From Schmidtea polychroa (taxonomy: Eukaryota), in contig CM097885.1 of the NCBI GenBank assembly GCA_044892525.1, positions 85,250,001 through 85,314,000 on the forward strand: a DNA stretch of 64,000 nucleotides. The letters are read 5' to 3'. A model generated the notes under the pieces. That model was given only the letters and a program-made list of their open reading frames with translations, made no database searches and was not told the DNA's origin. This document shows positions 1 to 15,100 of the stretch, piece after piece (position 1 is the stretch's first letter; every line of letters begins with the position of its first letter). A program made the position numbers and the translations under genes.

Positions 1-3000
1 TTTAATATTTCTCTTTTCATTAAATTCTTTGGAATATTGATAAAATTACAGATTAATATGATTTCCAAATAGACAAATCGATTTTAGACAGATATTTCCC
101 TATTAATATTTTGAGAAAATCGATATAAAATATTTTATTATATTTAATTATTATTCTTTAAAATTTTATAAAATAATAAATTTATAAAATAATTAATTAA
201 TTGGCTATTTATCCATTTCACTTTGAGCTTCGCACAAAATATTAAAAATGAAATAAAAATAAAAATGTCATATTACAAAACTTTCATGTAATTAATTTAA
301 TAAAAATTTTAAAATTTAATAATTAACTTAATAAAATTTAATAAATATATTAAAAATTATTAAAATTATAAACATTCAAGAGATATTGAACTAGTCATCG
401 AACGAGAAATATGAAGTTACAGATTTCGAGGTCTCTTATTTCAAAAATATAATTCCTTACACCATGGTTTTTAATAATAAGACAAACTTCACTGGACTCT
501 CTCAAGCCGCATGATGTTGTCTTCATTCTTTTTGAAAATTAAAGATAAGAATTTAATTATAGTTTCGATTTAATTAGATATCAGTTTTATTTTCTTGGAC
601 ATTTTCTCCCTGCACCGATATCATGTCAAATTTCACTAAAATCTAAAATGTTAAATCTATTATAAGTTTTCAGAGGAATTTATATTAATATTTTAATCCA
701 TTTAATAATTATTTTTAAATTTTATATATTTTCTATTTAATTATGTAAAAATAATAAAAATAATAATAATAAAAATAATAATAATCATAAAAATAATAAT
801 AATAATCGAATTTATTAGTTATATGGTTTTATGAGAAAAAACTCATAAAATTTTAAAAGGAAAAAGTAATTAAAAATTAATTGAAAATATAAGTTAAGAA
901 ATCCAACGATATTGATATCATTAATGACACCATAGAATCCAAATATAGCCGAGGGCTCTTGCAGGAAAAGACAATTAGTGAAAAAGCTAAAGTCTCGTAA
1001 TTATTAAAATGATCAAGTATATTTTGTTAACAAATGAAATGTGAAAAATTAAAATGATTCTATAGAATTTATTAGTTAGTTACTTTTTTGTAAATCCTTA
1101 ATATTTTGCGTGTCATTAAAAATCTAGTCTCAAGTGTGTGAAAATGACAAAGTTTCTATTTCAACGAATCCAGATTTTTACAATTTACTAGTGATTTCGT
1201 AAATTCTATGTCATAATTTGTCTGATAATCCTACACCAAAGAATGAGGATTATTTTTGAATTTATTTTTTACTTATTGATATTGTAAACAGGTCCAACAA
1301 CCTGATGTTACCACAACTAGGCTACAATGAATAGACCATTACCATATTCAATCTCCTATAAGCTGGCAAATGTGTATACTGACGGATACTATATAGTATA
1401 TGCATACATTCTTTTTAGTGACATGGAGTCAGAACTAAAGGTTAAATGGAAAATAGATCCAGTTCTTTCCACAATACATCAAATGACAAATTAGCACACA
1501 ATTTTGATCTAATTGTGGTTTGGTGTATTTTCTTTTTAACCACAAAAAAGCGTCACGTGAATAAGGCGTACAATTTGTATCACAACTATACTGCTTTCAT
1601 CAAATATGTAAATATATTTTATTTATAAATATATATTATTAACTAGGCTTTATAAAATAAAGTTTTCAATGTTATTTATTAAGAATATTTTCATAAAATT
1701 TAAATTTAAACAAGATATGGCAACAAGCAGAATGCAGTCGAGTATCTATGCAATTATATAATCAGTCAGCTGCTATAGAAAACTCTTTGATAAATATGTC
1801 ATCACATATTTTTATTATACAATTGTCTCCCATGACCGCAAGAACTTTTTTATATTTTCAATTAATCTTGAATAAGAGGAACTTTACTACATTAACAAAT
1901 TTCCTTGACTTTCATCTTATTTTGTTGTATATATATATACGTGAAAATATTTATATTTAGAAATTCGAAATCAATGAGTATTTGATTAGGAATAATCCAC
2001 AAATTTTGTAATTGCTCTATTGGTTATGCCAAATTATTATTTGAAATTCAATATTTCATGTATTATCTATCTTGGGCACACAATCTGCCGATATAGACAA
2101 ATGTTCTAATTAAATTTCCCCTTAAACCTGAAAAAAGATTAGTAAATTTGAACAATAATAAACAAATCACGAAGAAATTCTAAGAAAAAACAAATTTAAT
2201 GTTAAAATAAATTTACTGAAAATTCTTTTGTTTGAAGTTACGGAGCACTTTTGATTATAAAAAAATTTGTGGAGCAACAAAATCATATAATATCTGATTT
2301 AACAATAAAACTTGTATGGTCATTGCTTTTATTTATACAGGTTACGGAAAAAAGATAAAATAAGTAAAAATTATTATAAAATATCCATTATTATAAGAAC
2401 TTTTTTCAATTTTCACCTCTGATTTCTTTTCAATTGGCATTGTATGTAATAGAAAATGTTGACTGTGAAATACCCAATAATCCATATTTGAGGGAGAACT
2501 TCTAATATTCTCTTAAAGCACTGAGGGAAAACATCTGATCTAGATTAAATTAAATGGAAAAAGGTAAATTATTATGTAAGGGATCAAAGGTTAATATTTA
2601 TGCAAGAGGTCATAGGTCAATTATTGCGTAAAAGTGGGTCAATTATTATGTAAAATTAAAAAATCAATTATTATGTAATAAAATATAATTACATCACCTT
2701 ATATATGAGTACGTAATTTTACAGAATTACGTAACACCATACCATCCATGATCCCATACAAATATTCCGTAATACTGTATATCCTGGGATATTTGGCTTG
2801 GTTTATACTCCTCACTTGGAAAATTGTTGTGTTTCATATCAAATCTCTGACGCATTTAAATATTTAGGTAAAATCTTGGTAAAATGCCAAATTCAAAAAA
2901 AAGATTGCTTAGCCGAGCTACATTTAGGGGGTCAAAAATTTTATTTACACTTTAAGTTCTAATATAAAATAAATCATGTAGTGTAAATAGTGAAAGGCTG

Positions 3001-4887
3001 ATTTTAGAAATGATCTTTTTTCTGGAAATTAAATTTAAAATAAAAAAACGTAATATATGTTCAGCTTGTAAACTAAATGTTGCTCATTATTGCAGTAGAT
3101 AGTTTGTAATGAAACAATAGATTTCAATCAGAATTCTTCACTGTTATATGTTAATAAATCGGAATTCACAATATTAATACTAACACCTAAACGAGGTTAT
3201 TTTGCCAGCATTTAACTGAAATTATAATTAGTGAAAAAGGTTACTCTTACTTTATCACAGTAGTGGCCAATTTGGTGTCCATGGGCAAAACATCCCTGGT
3301 AAACATTTAGAAATTTTTGAGAATGGTGTTATTACATTAAATGCAAATGCAGATAAACTTCAGTTTGCTTTTCCGTCCCTAAAGCCAACCCAGTCATTGA
3401 CAACCTAATCTCTATCAGTCAAATTCCAAAGCTCTATTAATTATTTTTTTAATAAATATAATTGAAAACAATATTTTATTTTGACATTATATCTTAAATA
3501 AATAAAAAATATTTTTCTCACCCCTTAAAACTTTTAGCCTCGCCTTTATTATTCCATAATATCAATATATAACAGTTTAAATTTATTGATTTATTGATTT
3601 TTACTAATCATTATCGATTGTGCGGTGAAGTGATAATGAAATATGAAATAAATTAGTGCACTTATAATGTCAGCAGAAATAATTTATATAAGATGGAGCC
3701 ACTGATAATTATGTATCTCTATCTTTACATAGCCATCCTTTATTTATTCCTATGTCATATCAAGATGTAAAGTAAAAGAATCAAAGATCAATTAACAAGA
3801 TTAAAACTTATTTCAAAGTCTTTGTTGAAAGAACAATAGAAAACTTATAGTCAACGAATATTTATGTTCTGTACATTGTTTGTTAGGTTTTCTAATTATC
3901 AAATTTTAAGTTGTCAATTAAAATTAATTTATGGTTCTACATGATATTTTATACATTTCCCCCCACCTGTCCAATGTTAACAATATTTGGTAAGAGAAAG
4001 TATCCTGAGTATGTATCTTATGAATATTTGCAGGTGATTTTGAATTTAAATGACTATATTATAGAAAATAATAATAAAACATTTGTATATAACATTTAAA
4101 AGTAAAGAAAATAAGTCGTAAAAAATATATTTCAGGAAAATATATTTTATAATAAGCGAAAAGGACTTTATATTCCATTATACCTTTACCTTTAATGACC
4201 TAGTTTCCACAAATGGCTTGGCATTATCATTCAGTCTTCAATTTTAATTTGCAATGAAACCAACAAAAACATTTTTGTATATTGATCAATTTATATAACC
4301 TTTCTACAATCATTTCGTGATGGGATAAACATTTCCTGATTTCTGGAATCCCTTTGCCTTAACAGATTTCATCTTAACCGGGAGAATAAATTTAAATTAT
4401 TATCGAGATTTTTGAAACTTATTTCATCAATGAAACGATTCATTTGCCTATTGTAGAAAATACAAAAGTATTGTTTAAGATACGATGTAAATTTAAAGAA
4501 TAAGTAATTAGCAATCGTATGGACAATTATAGAACTTGACGAAATATTTGCAAATTGATATTTTACATAGGAAATGTTCTATTTCAATTATTCCATGTAC
4601 CATAAAAAATTTCCGGGCTCTTATTCTACATTGTTTTTCTACTAGTTTTACCTAAATTAGAGCCTATANNNNNNNNNNNNNNNNNNNNNNNNNNNNNNNN
4701 NNNNNNNNNNNNNNNNNNNNNNNNNNNNNNNNNNNNNNNNNNNNNNNNNNNNNNNNNNNNNNNNNNNNNNNNNNNNNNNNNNNNNNNNNNNNNNNNNNNN
4801 NNNNNNNNNNNNNNNNNNNNNNNNNNNNNNNNNNNNNNNNNNNNNNNNNNNNNNNNNNNNNNNNNNNNNNNNTGTTTCATAATATAG

Positions 4888-4968
4888 CTTGACAATGCCG
4901 ACGAACAAGCCGCGCAAGTTCGCCGTGAATTAGATGGCCAATTGCAGAAAGTTGAAGAAATTGAAAAT
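4888..4968 (+). CDS. CADPS: CAPS exon: [27 protein letters not shown]
   Basis: tag|CTT acceptor, AAT|gtagga donor, 81 nt; matches CAPS LDNPDEQAAQIRRELDG. Confidence 0.93.
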
Positions 4969-7900
4969 GTAGGAGTTATATTATATATAAATAGTAGTAT
5001 ATTTCAAGCTTGAAATTACAGATACGAAACTTTCCAAGACTTGTTGCTAAAGAAATGGAAACACTTTATATTGAAGAATTGAAACGTATGATTAATGAAT
5101 TAATGGTCAGATTAGAAGCTGTGCCAATAACAAAAGGAACTAGTAGTTTTCAAAAGTTTAAGAAGTACAGTCGCTATCAACCAAATGCTCTAAAAGATCT
5201 GGATGACACCTCTCAGGAGATTAATATTAGCAAATTGGATATATCCTTAAATTTTAACATGGAGGTATTTTTATGTTTAATATACTAAATTTTACTATTT
5301 CAAATTTTTTCGTAATTGGTCATTTTTAACTCATCTAACCATCTAGAAGATAAACAAATATCTACACCAAACAAATCCAATTATGCTCTTTACCGACATG
5401 AAATGAAGAAATTTTTTCATCAAATCCACTAAACTTTATAACTCCTTATAAATAGATGAATTTCATTCATCATATACTTTTCTTATCCTTGCATTAGTGA
5501 AGATTACTATGATGGATACACCATTTGCATAAATGGATCTTTTCTTGATATCATATGCCCGGAGGACAGACTATTTTCATCTGTAAATCTTTACTGCATA
5601 TTTTTCAAATGAAAATTGTTGGAAATATCAGATTTATGAAAAAGAATAAGCAAAAAGATTGATTAAATAAATATTTTTAAATTTCTACAAATACAACTTT
5701 AAAAATAAATNNNNNNNNNNNNNNNNNNNNNNNNNNNNNNNNNNNNNNNNNNNNNNNNNNNNNNNNNNNNNNNNNNNNNNNNNNNNNNNNNNNNNNNNNN
5801 NNNNNNNNNNNNNNNNNNNNNNNNNNNNNNNNNNNNNNNNNNNNNNNNNNNNNNNNNNNNNNNNNNNNNNNNNNNNNNNNNNNNNNNNNNNNNNNNNNNN
5901 NNNNNNNNNNNNNNNNNNNNNNNNNNNNNTTGAATGTAGGAGTTTTAATGATTATTGGAAAAGTGAATTATGTGAGGCATTGGTGATTAGATTAGAATCC
6001 CACTTTATAAATGCTGAATAAGCAATTAATTTATTGTTTGTTTAAATTTTTCTGATATTTTGTTTTACATATATAAAATTTGATATGAATATTCCTATAT
6101 TCCTAAAATATTCCTATTATATTTGTAATTATTGTGAGACATAATTGAGAGGTTCATTGATAGTCTGATCACAATTTCATTCTATAAATACTCAATCAGT
6201 TATTAGATTAGTGCTTTTAACTAAGGTGGCCAAATGCATTAAGGAATGATGAGATACTTCGAATATAAATTAGATTTAAAAGAGATTTGGAAGGCAGTTC
6301 ATGGTATGGTAAAAGTCACGAACTTTTTATTGCTGGCAATGAACTTTTTGGTGAAATATATAAATATATAAAATATATAAAAAGAAACAACTTTTTTAAA
6401 GATGAGCATATTCTTATAAAAAATCTCAAATTAATTATTGAATTAGCAATGTGCTTATCGGGTACTAATGCAACAGTTGCAAGAGTAGTGACAAATAGAG
6501 ATTAAAAATAAAAAGCTTAATACCAGTGACAAGTGAAGGTGAATCTCCATAATACGTGTAATGACTTTTGCAATGTTTTAAAAGAAAATGATAAATTATT
6601 GCAAAAAATCTCACGATAACAATAAAATTACTGATCAATTTTTTCTTGAAATATTTTGGTAGAGTGCATAAAAAACCCAGACTTTCCCATCATTTCCCAT
6701 CCTTTCCCATTCTTTCCGGTTAAAAAAAACGACATCTTAATTTATTGCATATGGTATTTGGGAAATATTGTAATACAAATTCACGATGTGAACCCTGTCC
6801 ATGAAATTTGTTATTTCATTTGTTAGAAATTTTTCTTATTTCAATGTTAATGTTATTTGAATATAAAAACTGTAAAAACGAATGCCACATTGAATAAAAA
6901 AAATATTGGATTCAAAATAATGTGCGTATTGAAAAGAAAGAGTTCATCAGTGATCTAAGAAACATTTCTTTTTGATAAATGATGCTATTTGTTGTTGATA
7001 TTAATCTAAAATCCCAAATAGGAAGCTGCAATGAAAACCGTTTGTGGTTGGAAAAATGCCTTTTATATAAAACAATATAACAGAAAATAATAAAAAGCTG
7101 GTTAGATGTTTGTCGTTTGAAATAGGGAAATTATTTTTTTGTTTCTATGTTGAAAATAAAGTCCATATTAAAAATTCTATGGTAAATTTATGGCAAATAT
7201 ATGGTTTTGCTTTGATGAAACTAGTTTGTTACCGACTTGGATTGATTGTGTCACAAAATGCTCACGTTCCAGTACTACAAGTTAAGTAAATATTTCAGAA
7301 GTCCTAATTTATTCGTTAATAAACTGCTATTACGCAAAGAGTCTTTACTGGCTCCATTTATCGCGATTCCAGACTCAGAGTTTGTGTTTGTTTTGTTTGA
7401 TTGATGGGTAAATAAGGAGAACTAGGAATAGACATATTTGTATATTGGTGCTTTATGTTTATTGTAAACGAAAATAAACAATTCAAATTTATGATTTCTT
7501 GTTGTCGTTTATTTGTTATCAAAACGAGTTTCCTCTGTAATTCATATATCTTCAAATATTTTCACATATCGTGTTCCTTTTATCAATTAAAAAAACAATT
7601 ACACAGAATTTATCAATGTCGAATTCCTATCATTTTGGCTGTGTTAATACTACGCTTTAACATGGTTCATCAGATGCCGTCATTTATGTACTGGTTTATC
7701 TTATAATGGATATCTTTTTTGTAAATTTATAGATAATACTTTGTTAAACATATAAGATGAGATCCAAATATACAATGAGTTATATATTTGTCTCAAATGA
7801 CATGAATATACGACAGCTTATCAGCATTTCATGGTAGATATGTGAAGTTAGGATCAATTTTCTTAGGTTTACTTCTTAGGTAGTATTCGACTTGAATCGA

Positions 7901-10448
7901 TGAATATTTATTTCTGGAGAATCAAGAATTTTCGGCATAGCCCTTGTTAAGTGGTAGCCACTATTCATTGACACTTTATTAAGAAATGACTGTTAAATTA
8001 TTTGCATAAGTGTTTATAAACTAAAAATATTTTCGATAGTAACTGCGATATTTCAGGCACTAGGACCGATCTTTGCCCATATGAGATCTGAAAGTTGATG
8101 ACTTATTTTAGGAGGGAAAAGATTTCGGATACTAGTTATTTTAAGGAGTATTTAAACATTTTTTTTTCGTGAATAAATGAGATCATCTAATGAACTTATC
8201 CCATTTTTCGTGGCAATGGCTTGTTTAGCTTTTGATAAGTTCATCAAGTCTAGTGCGTAAGTTTCAATGCGTTTCACATACGTTAGTCGTGTCGGATTTT
8301 AGACAAATGAGTTTGTAAAAGATAATTTTTATTAAATAAAAGCACTTACCAGAAGGACAACCTTTGATTTATCTAAACGTCTTTATATTTCAAATATTAT
8401 TATGAGCATGAATTAATCAGTATTCAGACTAATTAATGAAAAGTCTAGAATTTTTCCTAAACTTGAATTTATAACACTTTGAAGACGCTTTGCGGCTGAA
8501 CTATTGGGTTAATCACGTTACCAAATTATTAGATATCACCGATTGGTATCACTCACTAAAACAATAGAAATGAAATCAAGGATTATTGAAAAGTTAATTA
8601 AGTCCCTCAAAGTTTTATATCTTTCCATTTATTTAGCCTTAATTAAAGGCCAGATGACTGGAGGTGAATTATTTGAAATTATTAATTGATATTCATGAGA
8701 TCCTTTGACTGGAAAAAAACCTGCAAAAAAATTTCATTTAAATAACAAGAGAAATATTTACAATTGAGTTTTCCAGAGAATTTATTTTCAGTATTTTATG
8801 GGAAACTTTAGCTAGAATTTCTAAATTAAATTGACAATTTTACTGCTCCGTCGAAATTTTCGTTAAACTTTGAACAATTATTTTTCTGTGGAATTTAATT
8901 GATTTTTAAATGTTTCTGGGAGATTCCATAAAAATAAAAATATTTATATTTTATCGATTTTCTGTTGTATGAATCGTTATAAAATTGAATTTCATAAAAT
9001 CTGACATTTTAATTGATCTATTAAGATTGGAAAAACCGGAAGAGTTTTTTTTTGTTCAATTTGGAATCATTATTTATGAATTTTGTCGTATTTTATTATT
9101 ATAAATTAATTATTTTACAGTCACATCAAGCGATTATGAAATTTTTGTTGCTTATATTTACGATGTGGGTTATTTTAACATTTAACTGATTAATTCCCAC
9201 CTTTCTTTCATTATTTTTTAAACTTTATTCTTTAAACTTCAAAGAAGATTCAAATTTGTCATCTGGTATATAATAAACATATAGTTGCATTAAAATAAAT
9301 TACTTAAATATAAATATTGTGTATCTACAACAATAACTTTCAACTATTCTTGACCTGCAATGATTTTAAATTTTATTTAAAAATTACAAGCATTGCGCGT
9401 CCTAAAATGCATTTTTAATACCACATAAAAACAAATGTAATGTAACAATGGCGAAATAAGATTTTTGCGTATAAGACGACCCTTAAAGTCAAAAAATCAC
9501 CCTTGAAAATTGTGGGTCGTCTTATAAAACCGATATAAAAGAAAGTATTACAGTACAGGTAGTTGTATTTATACTAGTTGTATTTATACTACTACAACCG
9601 ATATATGATAAATCATAAAAAATTGCTCTAATTTTGTATCTCGTCTTATCTCACGGTCGCCTTATACGCCGAAATATACGGTATCTTTTGAAGAGTATTG
9701 TGACAACACTTCAATTAATACTCCCAATAATTATCAAAACTATACACAAAATTTTAAAATAGTTTAAATTTATTGTTTCACTGCAATTTTTGTATGATTA
9801 ATACTATTGCTCGAATATTTTAATCGGTTACTCTCAGGGCCGTGCCTGGGTATATGGCTGCCTGCGTGCTAGTATGCATGGCCTTATGCATAACTTACGC
9901 TCCTAAACTCGTATGCAGAGATAACGGGAAGTCTATCCAATATGTGTGACATTACACCTTTTGAACATAAATTTGTAGAGTGAGTTAATAAATATTCAAC
10001 CAACAACCAATTGATTAAGTGTCTATTGTTATTGATATTTTTCACATGGATTTTGATGACCATCTGAGGGTTATGCCTTTGAAATATATTGCTATTTGGT
10101 AAAGCAGAATTAGAAACATAATGATTAACTGCGTGAGGTGGAAAATTAAGGAACAAAAATTTTAAATTTTAAAGTATTTTAAAATTGAAAAAGTAATTTC
10201 ATATATTTATTTAAAAAAAATGTTTAAATTTTAAAATATAAACTACAGTTTGAAGCTATGTATAAAAATATTGAAAGTATAAATTTTAAAAAGTTTCTTA
10301 AAATTGTCGACATCGAAATTATTATTTGTTTTGAAAATATTTATTTGAATAAAAATAATTATAATTAAATAAAAATTTTCTAACTGAAGACTTAAGTGCT
10401 ATAGTTTCTAATAAAGTATATGCACGATACTGACGAAAAGTTTCCGCG

Positions 10449-10521
<73 letters not shown>

Positions 10522-12108
10522 TTATAAAAATCATTTTCCGGTTTTCTTTAATAAGTTGATTGTCTTATAAGTTAATGAACATTATATTTATTATAGAATA
10601 GTATAAAAGCTATATGTCAATATTTTTTATAATAAATAAAAAAATGTATTTTTACTTCAGAAAATAAATTTTAAGAATAGTAGTGATATTGTATAGAAAT
10701 ATAAAGTCAATATTATAACATTATTATAAAGTTATTCTTCAGTTTGATACGTCAAATGCAAGTTTTTCCATTTCATACATTGTTTTCTAGATTCATATTC
10801 ACTACCTTTACCTTTGTATATATTCTCGTAATTTTTCATTTGGTTGGACGTGTTACTTTTTTATACGTCCGTTTAAAAATGGAATATATTGCAGTTTATT
10901 CAAACGTCAAAAGAGATCCATTGACAATATAATGAATTAGGAAAATAAGATCTGAATTATTTTGAACCAGGTGATCCCTTAAGGGCCAAAGATATGCGGG
11001 TTGCGAGCAGCTTTTGCGTGTTGGAGAATCAACATGAATATCAAGACAATAAGTAATATATAACTGATGAACATTAATTAATTATTATTTCCGTTTAATT
11101 AATTACATTTTCAAATAAATTTTTTCTCAGTTGACTTCTGAAGATAGACATTACAAGTTTTTCAGGCTTTAATATTATTATGAAAGAAACTATTGATATG
11201 AAATGGATCAGTGTAAAACAATATCAGGATAATTGTTAATTATGTAAATGTGATTTGAGGTTGAATGAAAGAATATTGGTTTGTTTCTATCAGTATTCTG
11301 CAGCTATGATTAGAATTAATTGCACGCCCGTATCAGGAGATTAATTCTGCTTTCAGATATAGGAAATTTAGTTAATGAATCTATATATTTGATGTATTTT
11401 CTTTTTGTCAATAGTTGAATTTTTAAATTTTTAAAATTTTGCGCATTTGTCAAAAAAAGTTTAAAATAGTTTGTTAAGTATAAGGCAAGTTCTATAATTT
11501 CAGCACCTTAAAGAATTTTCCATGTTTTTCGATGAGATTTTACTAATGGGATGTTCGTCGGTTATTTATTTATTTATTTCGAATTATTCGAATATATGAT
11601 AGAAACTGGATTCAAACAACATAGTAAATAAAAAGAATCAAACACCTAAGATTTCACATAGTGTGAATATTAAAAATTAATATTGTGATTTTAAATAATT
11701 TTTACTATATTAATATGACGAAATAAAAAACAAACTTATAAATTATTTGTGGCACTCTCGAAAATATTTGTTGGAACAAGGTTTGAAGACCTCTGATACA
11801 TTTCTGTGCAAGTTTGAATCTTTTCAATCATATTTGATGTGTTTTCGTTTTTTATTTAATTACTTAAATAAACACGGTAAAGATTTTATTAATAAAAATC
11901 GCTATTCGTACATCATTTTCACTATACATGTATAGTTAGTCATCCCTAGTGAATGTAGGTAACCTGATGATGATAGTGATGCTATCGAAATATATAGTGA
12001 AAAAGATGTACGAATGGCGATTTTTATTTAATGTTTTTTCAATTTGTTTTTGATTATAGATCAATATTTTCTATTGCTATTTAGAAAATGCTGTTTTCTT
12101 GAAAAAAT

Positions 12109-12177
<69 letters not shown>

Positions 12178-15100
12178 TGACAGCAGAATCATATCATTGT
12201 CAACTCAAAAATGATCCAAAATGTAATTGATATTATAGAAAATGGAAATAATTCTCAAAGTTATTGGTTTATTGGACACAACTTCCTTACAGTTCATTTA
12301 TTGGTAAAAAAAATAAAAAAAAATACAAAATCAAATATGTATATGCAGTATAGTGACATTCAAACCCTTTACCTCACACCACATAAAATATTGAAAAAAT
12401 ATCGCTGCTCAAATAAAATAAGGCTTCTTTTCTGTATAGAATTATTGTTTTTTATTAAATGATTTTTTAAGTTTTATATGGGCTTGTTTTTGTTGTCAAT
12501 TAATTCCAATCTAAACTCGTAGCTCATCACCCAATATCAACAATGGCTATCTTTCTTTAGATTTGTTGCAAAATTCGAAGAAATAAACTGTTACTTTGAT
12601 CAAATGTTACCTCAACAAATTTTGAAATAAATATTTTTATTATTCAAATAACAAAGTCGAATTTAAAAATTTCATAGGGGTATACTTTGAATTGTCTAAC
12701 GGCTCATGATTTACATACCACCGATGTATGGGAACTCTTACAGAAAGCAAATTTCATAAGCGAATTTGTAATACCAAATTTTCAATCTTAATTTCCGTAA
12801 TGATAAATAATTCGTGACTCTTTTTGATATTAAACCATTGACAATAGAAGTGAACATTGTAGCAAAATGCATAATTATGTTTTTATTTTTGCCCAGTTCG
12901 ACAAAATCAATAAAATTAATTTATTAAATTAATTTGTTACAAGGTCTATTTCTTTCATAAACAAAAATAAATATGTCCCCTTGAGTTTGGAATTATTTTT
13001 GCTTATATTTGTCAAGTTTTTGAATTTATCGAAGTTCTTATGTGTTGATTAAAAACGAATTAAACAATGGAAATTTTCAAAAAATTCTTAGTAAAATTAT
13101 TGAATAAAGTTTTCAATAATGCAATCAAATACATTTTGAAATTTAATATCATTGAGTTAAAATTACCTAACAATTAAAACAAATAATTTAAAATATATTT
13201 CAACTTTATTGAACTGAATATTTATTAATTCACAAATAAATGATTATTTAAATTTTAAAATAGAAATTATTAAAATAATTTTATAATATCAACAAAATAT
13301 TTCAGACCAAATCAGTTTAATACGGATCATAAATAATAATTGAAATGATAATTTATGGTCATCGTCCGATTGTTTTCATTGAAATTGCCAACTTGAACTT
13401 GTTTTCTCCTTTCTATAAAATTAAAAAATATTTTACAAAATATTTATTATATGATACATGTTAATCATCTGCGTTTGGTTCAAATGTGATAATTTGATTA
13501 GGACTATGTTTGGAGGAGAGTAAAGTGGTTATTTCAAAGTTTCCCAGCAAAATCTTTCAGGTTTTGAAACGTCAATACAGAAACCGAAATCTTAATTCTT
13601 GTGGAAATTATATAATAATGCGTTTCATTTGTTATTGTAAAGATATTTCTCTATTTAAAATTATTATTTGAATTATAAATATGTTTAATTAATTTCACAT
13701 GCCCCTCGCTCCAGGAGATGAATTTCAGCGAGTGTATAAATGGTTAAAGTTGCACAGAGAATAAGTGAATAAATAAATGTATTTATGTATATTTAAATGA
13801 ATTTCCCATTGATACACTGTTGTTATTAATTTATGAAATTTACATGTGAAAACTAATTAATTCCTCTTCAAATGAGTCAACTCTAATTTTTAGTTACATA
13901 AATAAATATTTTGTTATTTTTCTCATTTGTCAAATATTGCTGTGTTGAAAATTCATTTTCCACTCACTCAATATATTTTAATTTCTCAACTTATTTTCAC
14001 GGAAATATCATTTCTGACAATCGAGTCGTGTTATCAACAGTCGGCTTTCTATTTCGTTTTGTTCGCTCGCTCTCTCTTACTCATTCTCCTACTCTCCATC
14101 TCTCTATCTCTCTAGTTCTCGTCCTCTCACCCACTCTCCATCTCTCTATCTCTCTAGTTCTCGTCCTCTCACTCGCTCAAATCGATAGAAATTCCTAATT
14201 AGCATTTATCTAAATCTTGTAATAGGAAAACTAATTTGTTTGAAATTTGAAGATAAGTCGATGATCAATGAAGGATTATCAATGAAGATGATGGATGATT
14301 ATTTGAAATGATATACTTTCCATAGATTTCTAATCGCTGAATATTTTTACTTTGTTTTCCTTCAATTATAATTCCGCCATTTCATATTTTATTGTTCAAT
14401 CATTTTATCATTCCGCTGATCAAATATTTCAATATTTGACAAATTGCTAAACAATTGTTTTTTTTTATTAAAATCTTTCTCGCATTATTTAGTTATTGTT
14501 TTTAAATTTTTACTTTTATTTATTTTTACAATGAATAAATGATTAACATTTTCGTATTGTAATTGTTGCTTAGGTTATTTGCTTTTATTCCTCAGAGGAT
14601 CTTTATTTCTATTTTAAATATTACGCTTCCGACAAACTGTTTGTTTCCGGTTAGATTCATAATCAGTTATTATGACAAAATGACAAAAATAGAAAAAACA
14701 AAGAGTTAACAACATATACATAATGAAAATGATATTGGAAAGAAATTTTTCTCTCATTGGGAAGTCATTGGAAATTTTTAGTTTTACAATACAATAGCAC
14801 GCAACATGAGGAAATTTGAAAAATGCATTTTTTAAAAAACATTCACTATATTTTATAATATTTTATATTTCTTATACAGACGGAAAGAAAAGGCATTGTA
14901 AAAATAATAATGAGCCGTATATAGATGAAAATGTAACATTGATATTATTTACAATGAATTAGGCATCATCAAAGATTTTGTAATAAAGGCTTTCAGTGTT
15001 GTGTAGAATAAAAGATAAATTGCAGGAGTTATGTTATCAAATGTTTGTGAATAATAACTCAATGAAGACCTGATGAATGCTTAGAAGTTGCAACTTTTAT

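Noticed and set aside
8570-8689. Short peptide with MTGGELFEI resembling kinase subdomain V
   Set aside because: Only 39 codons with no other kinase motif nearby; could be chance or a tiny captured fragment. BLASTX would decide.
10322-10534. YIYIYI ORFs (also 51317-51502 and the tail of 42542-42754)
   Set aside because: Translation of (TA)n and (TAT)n microsatellites.
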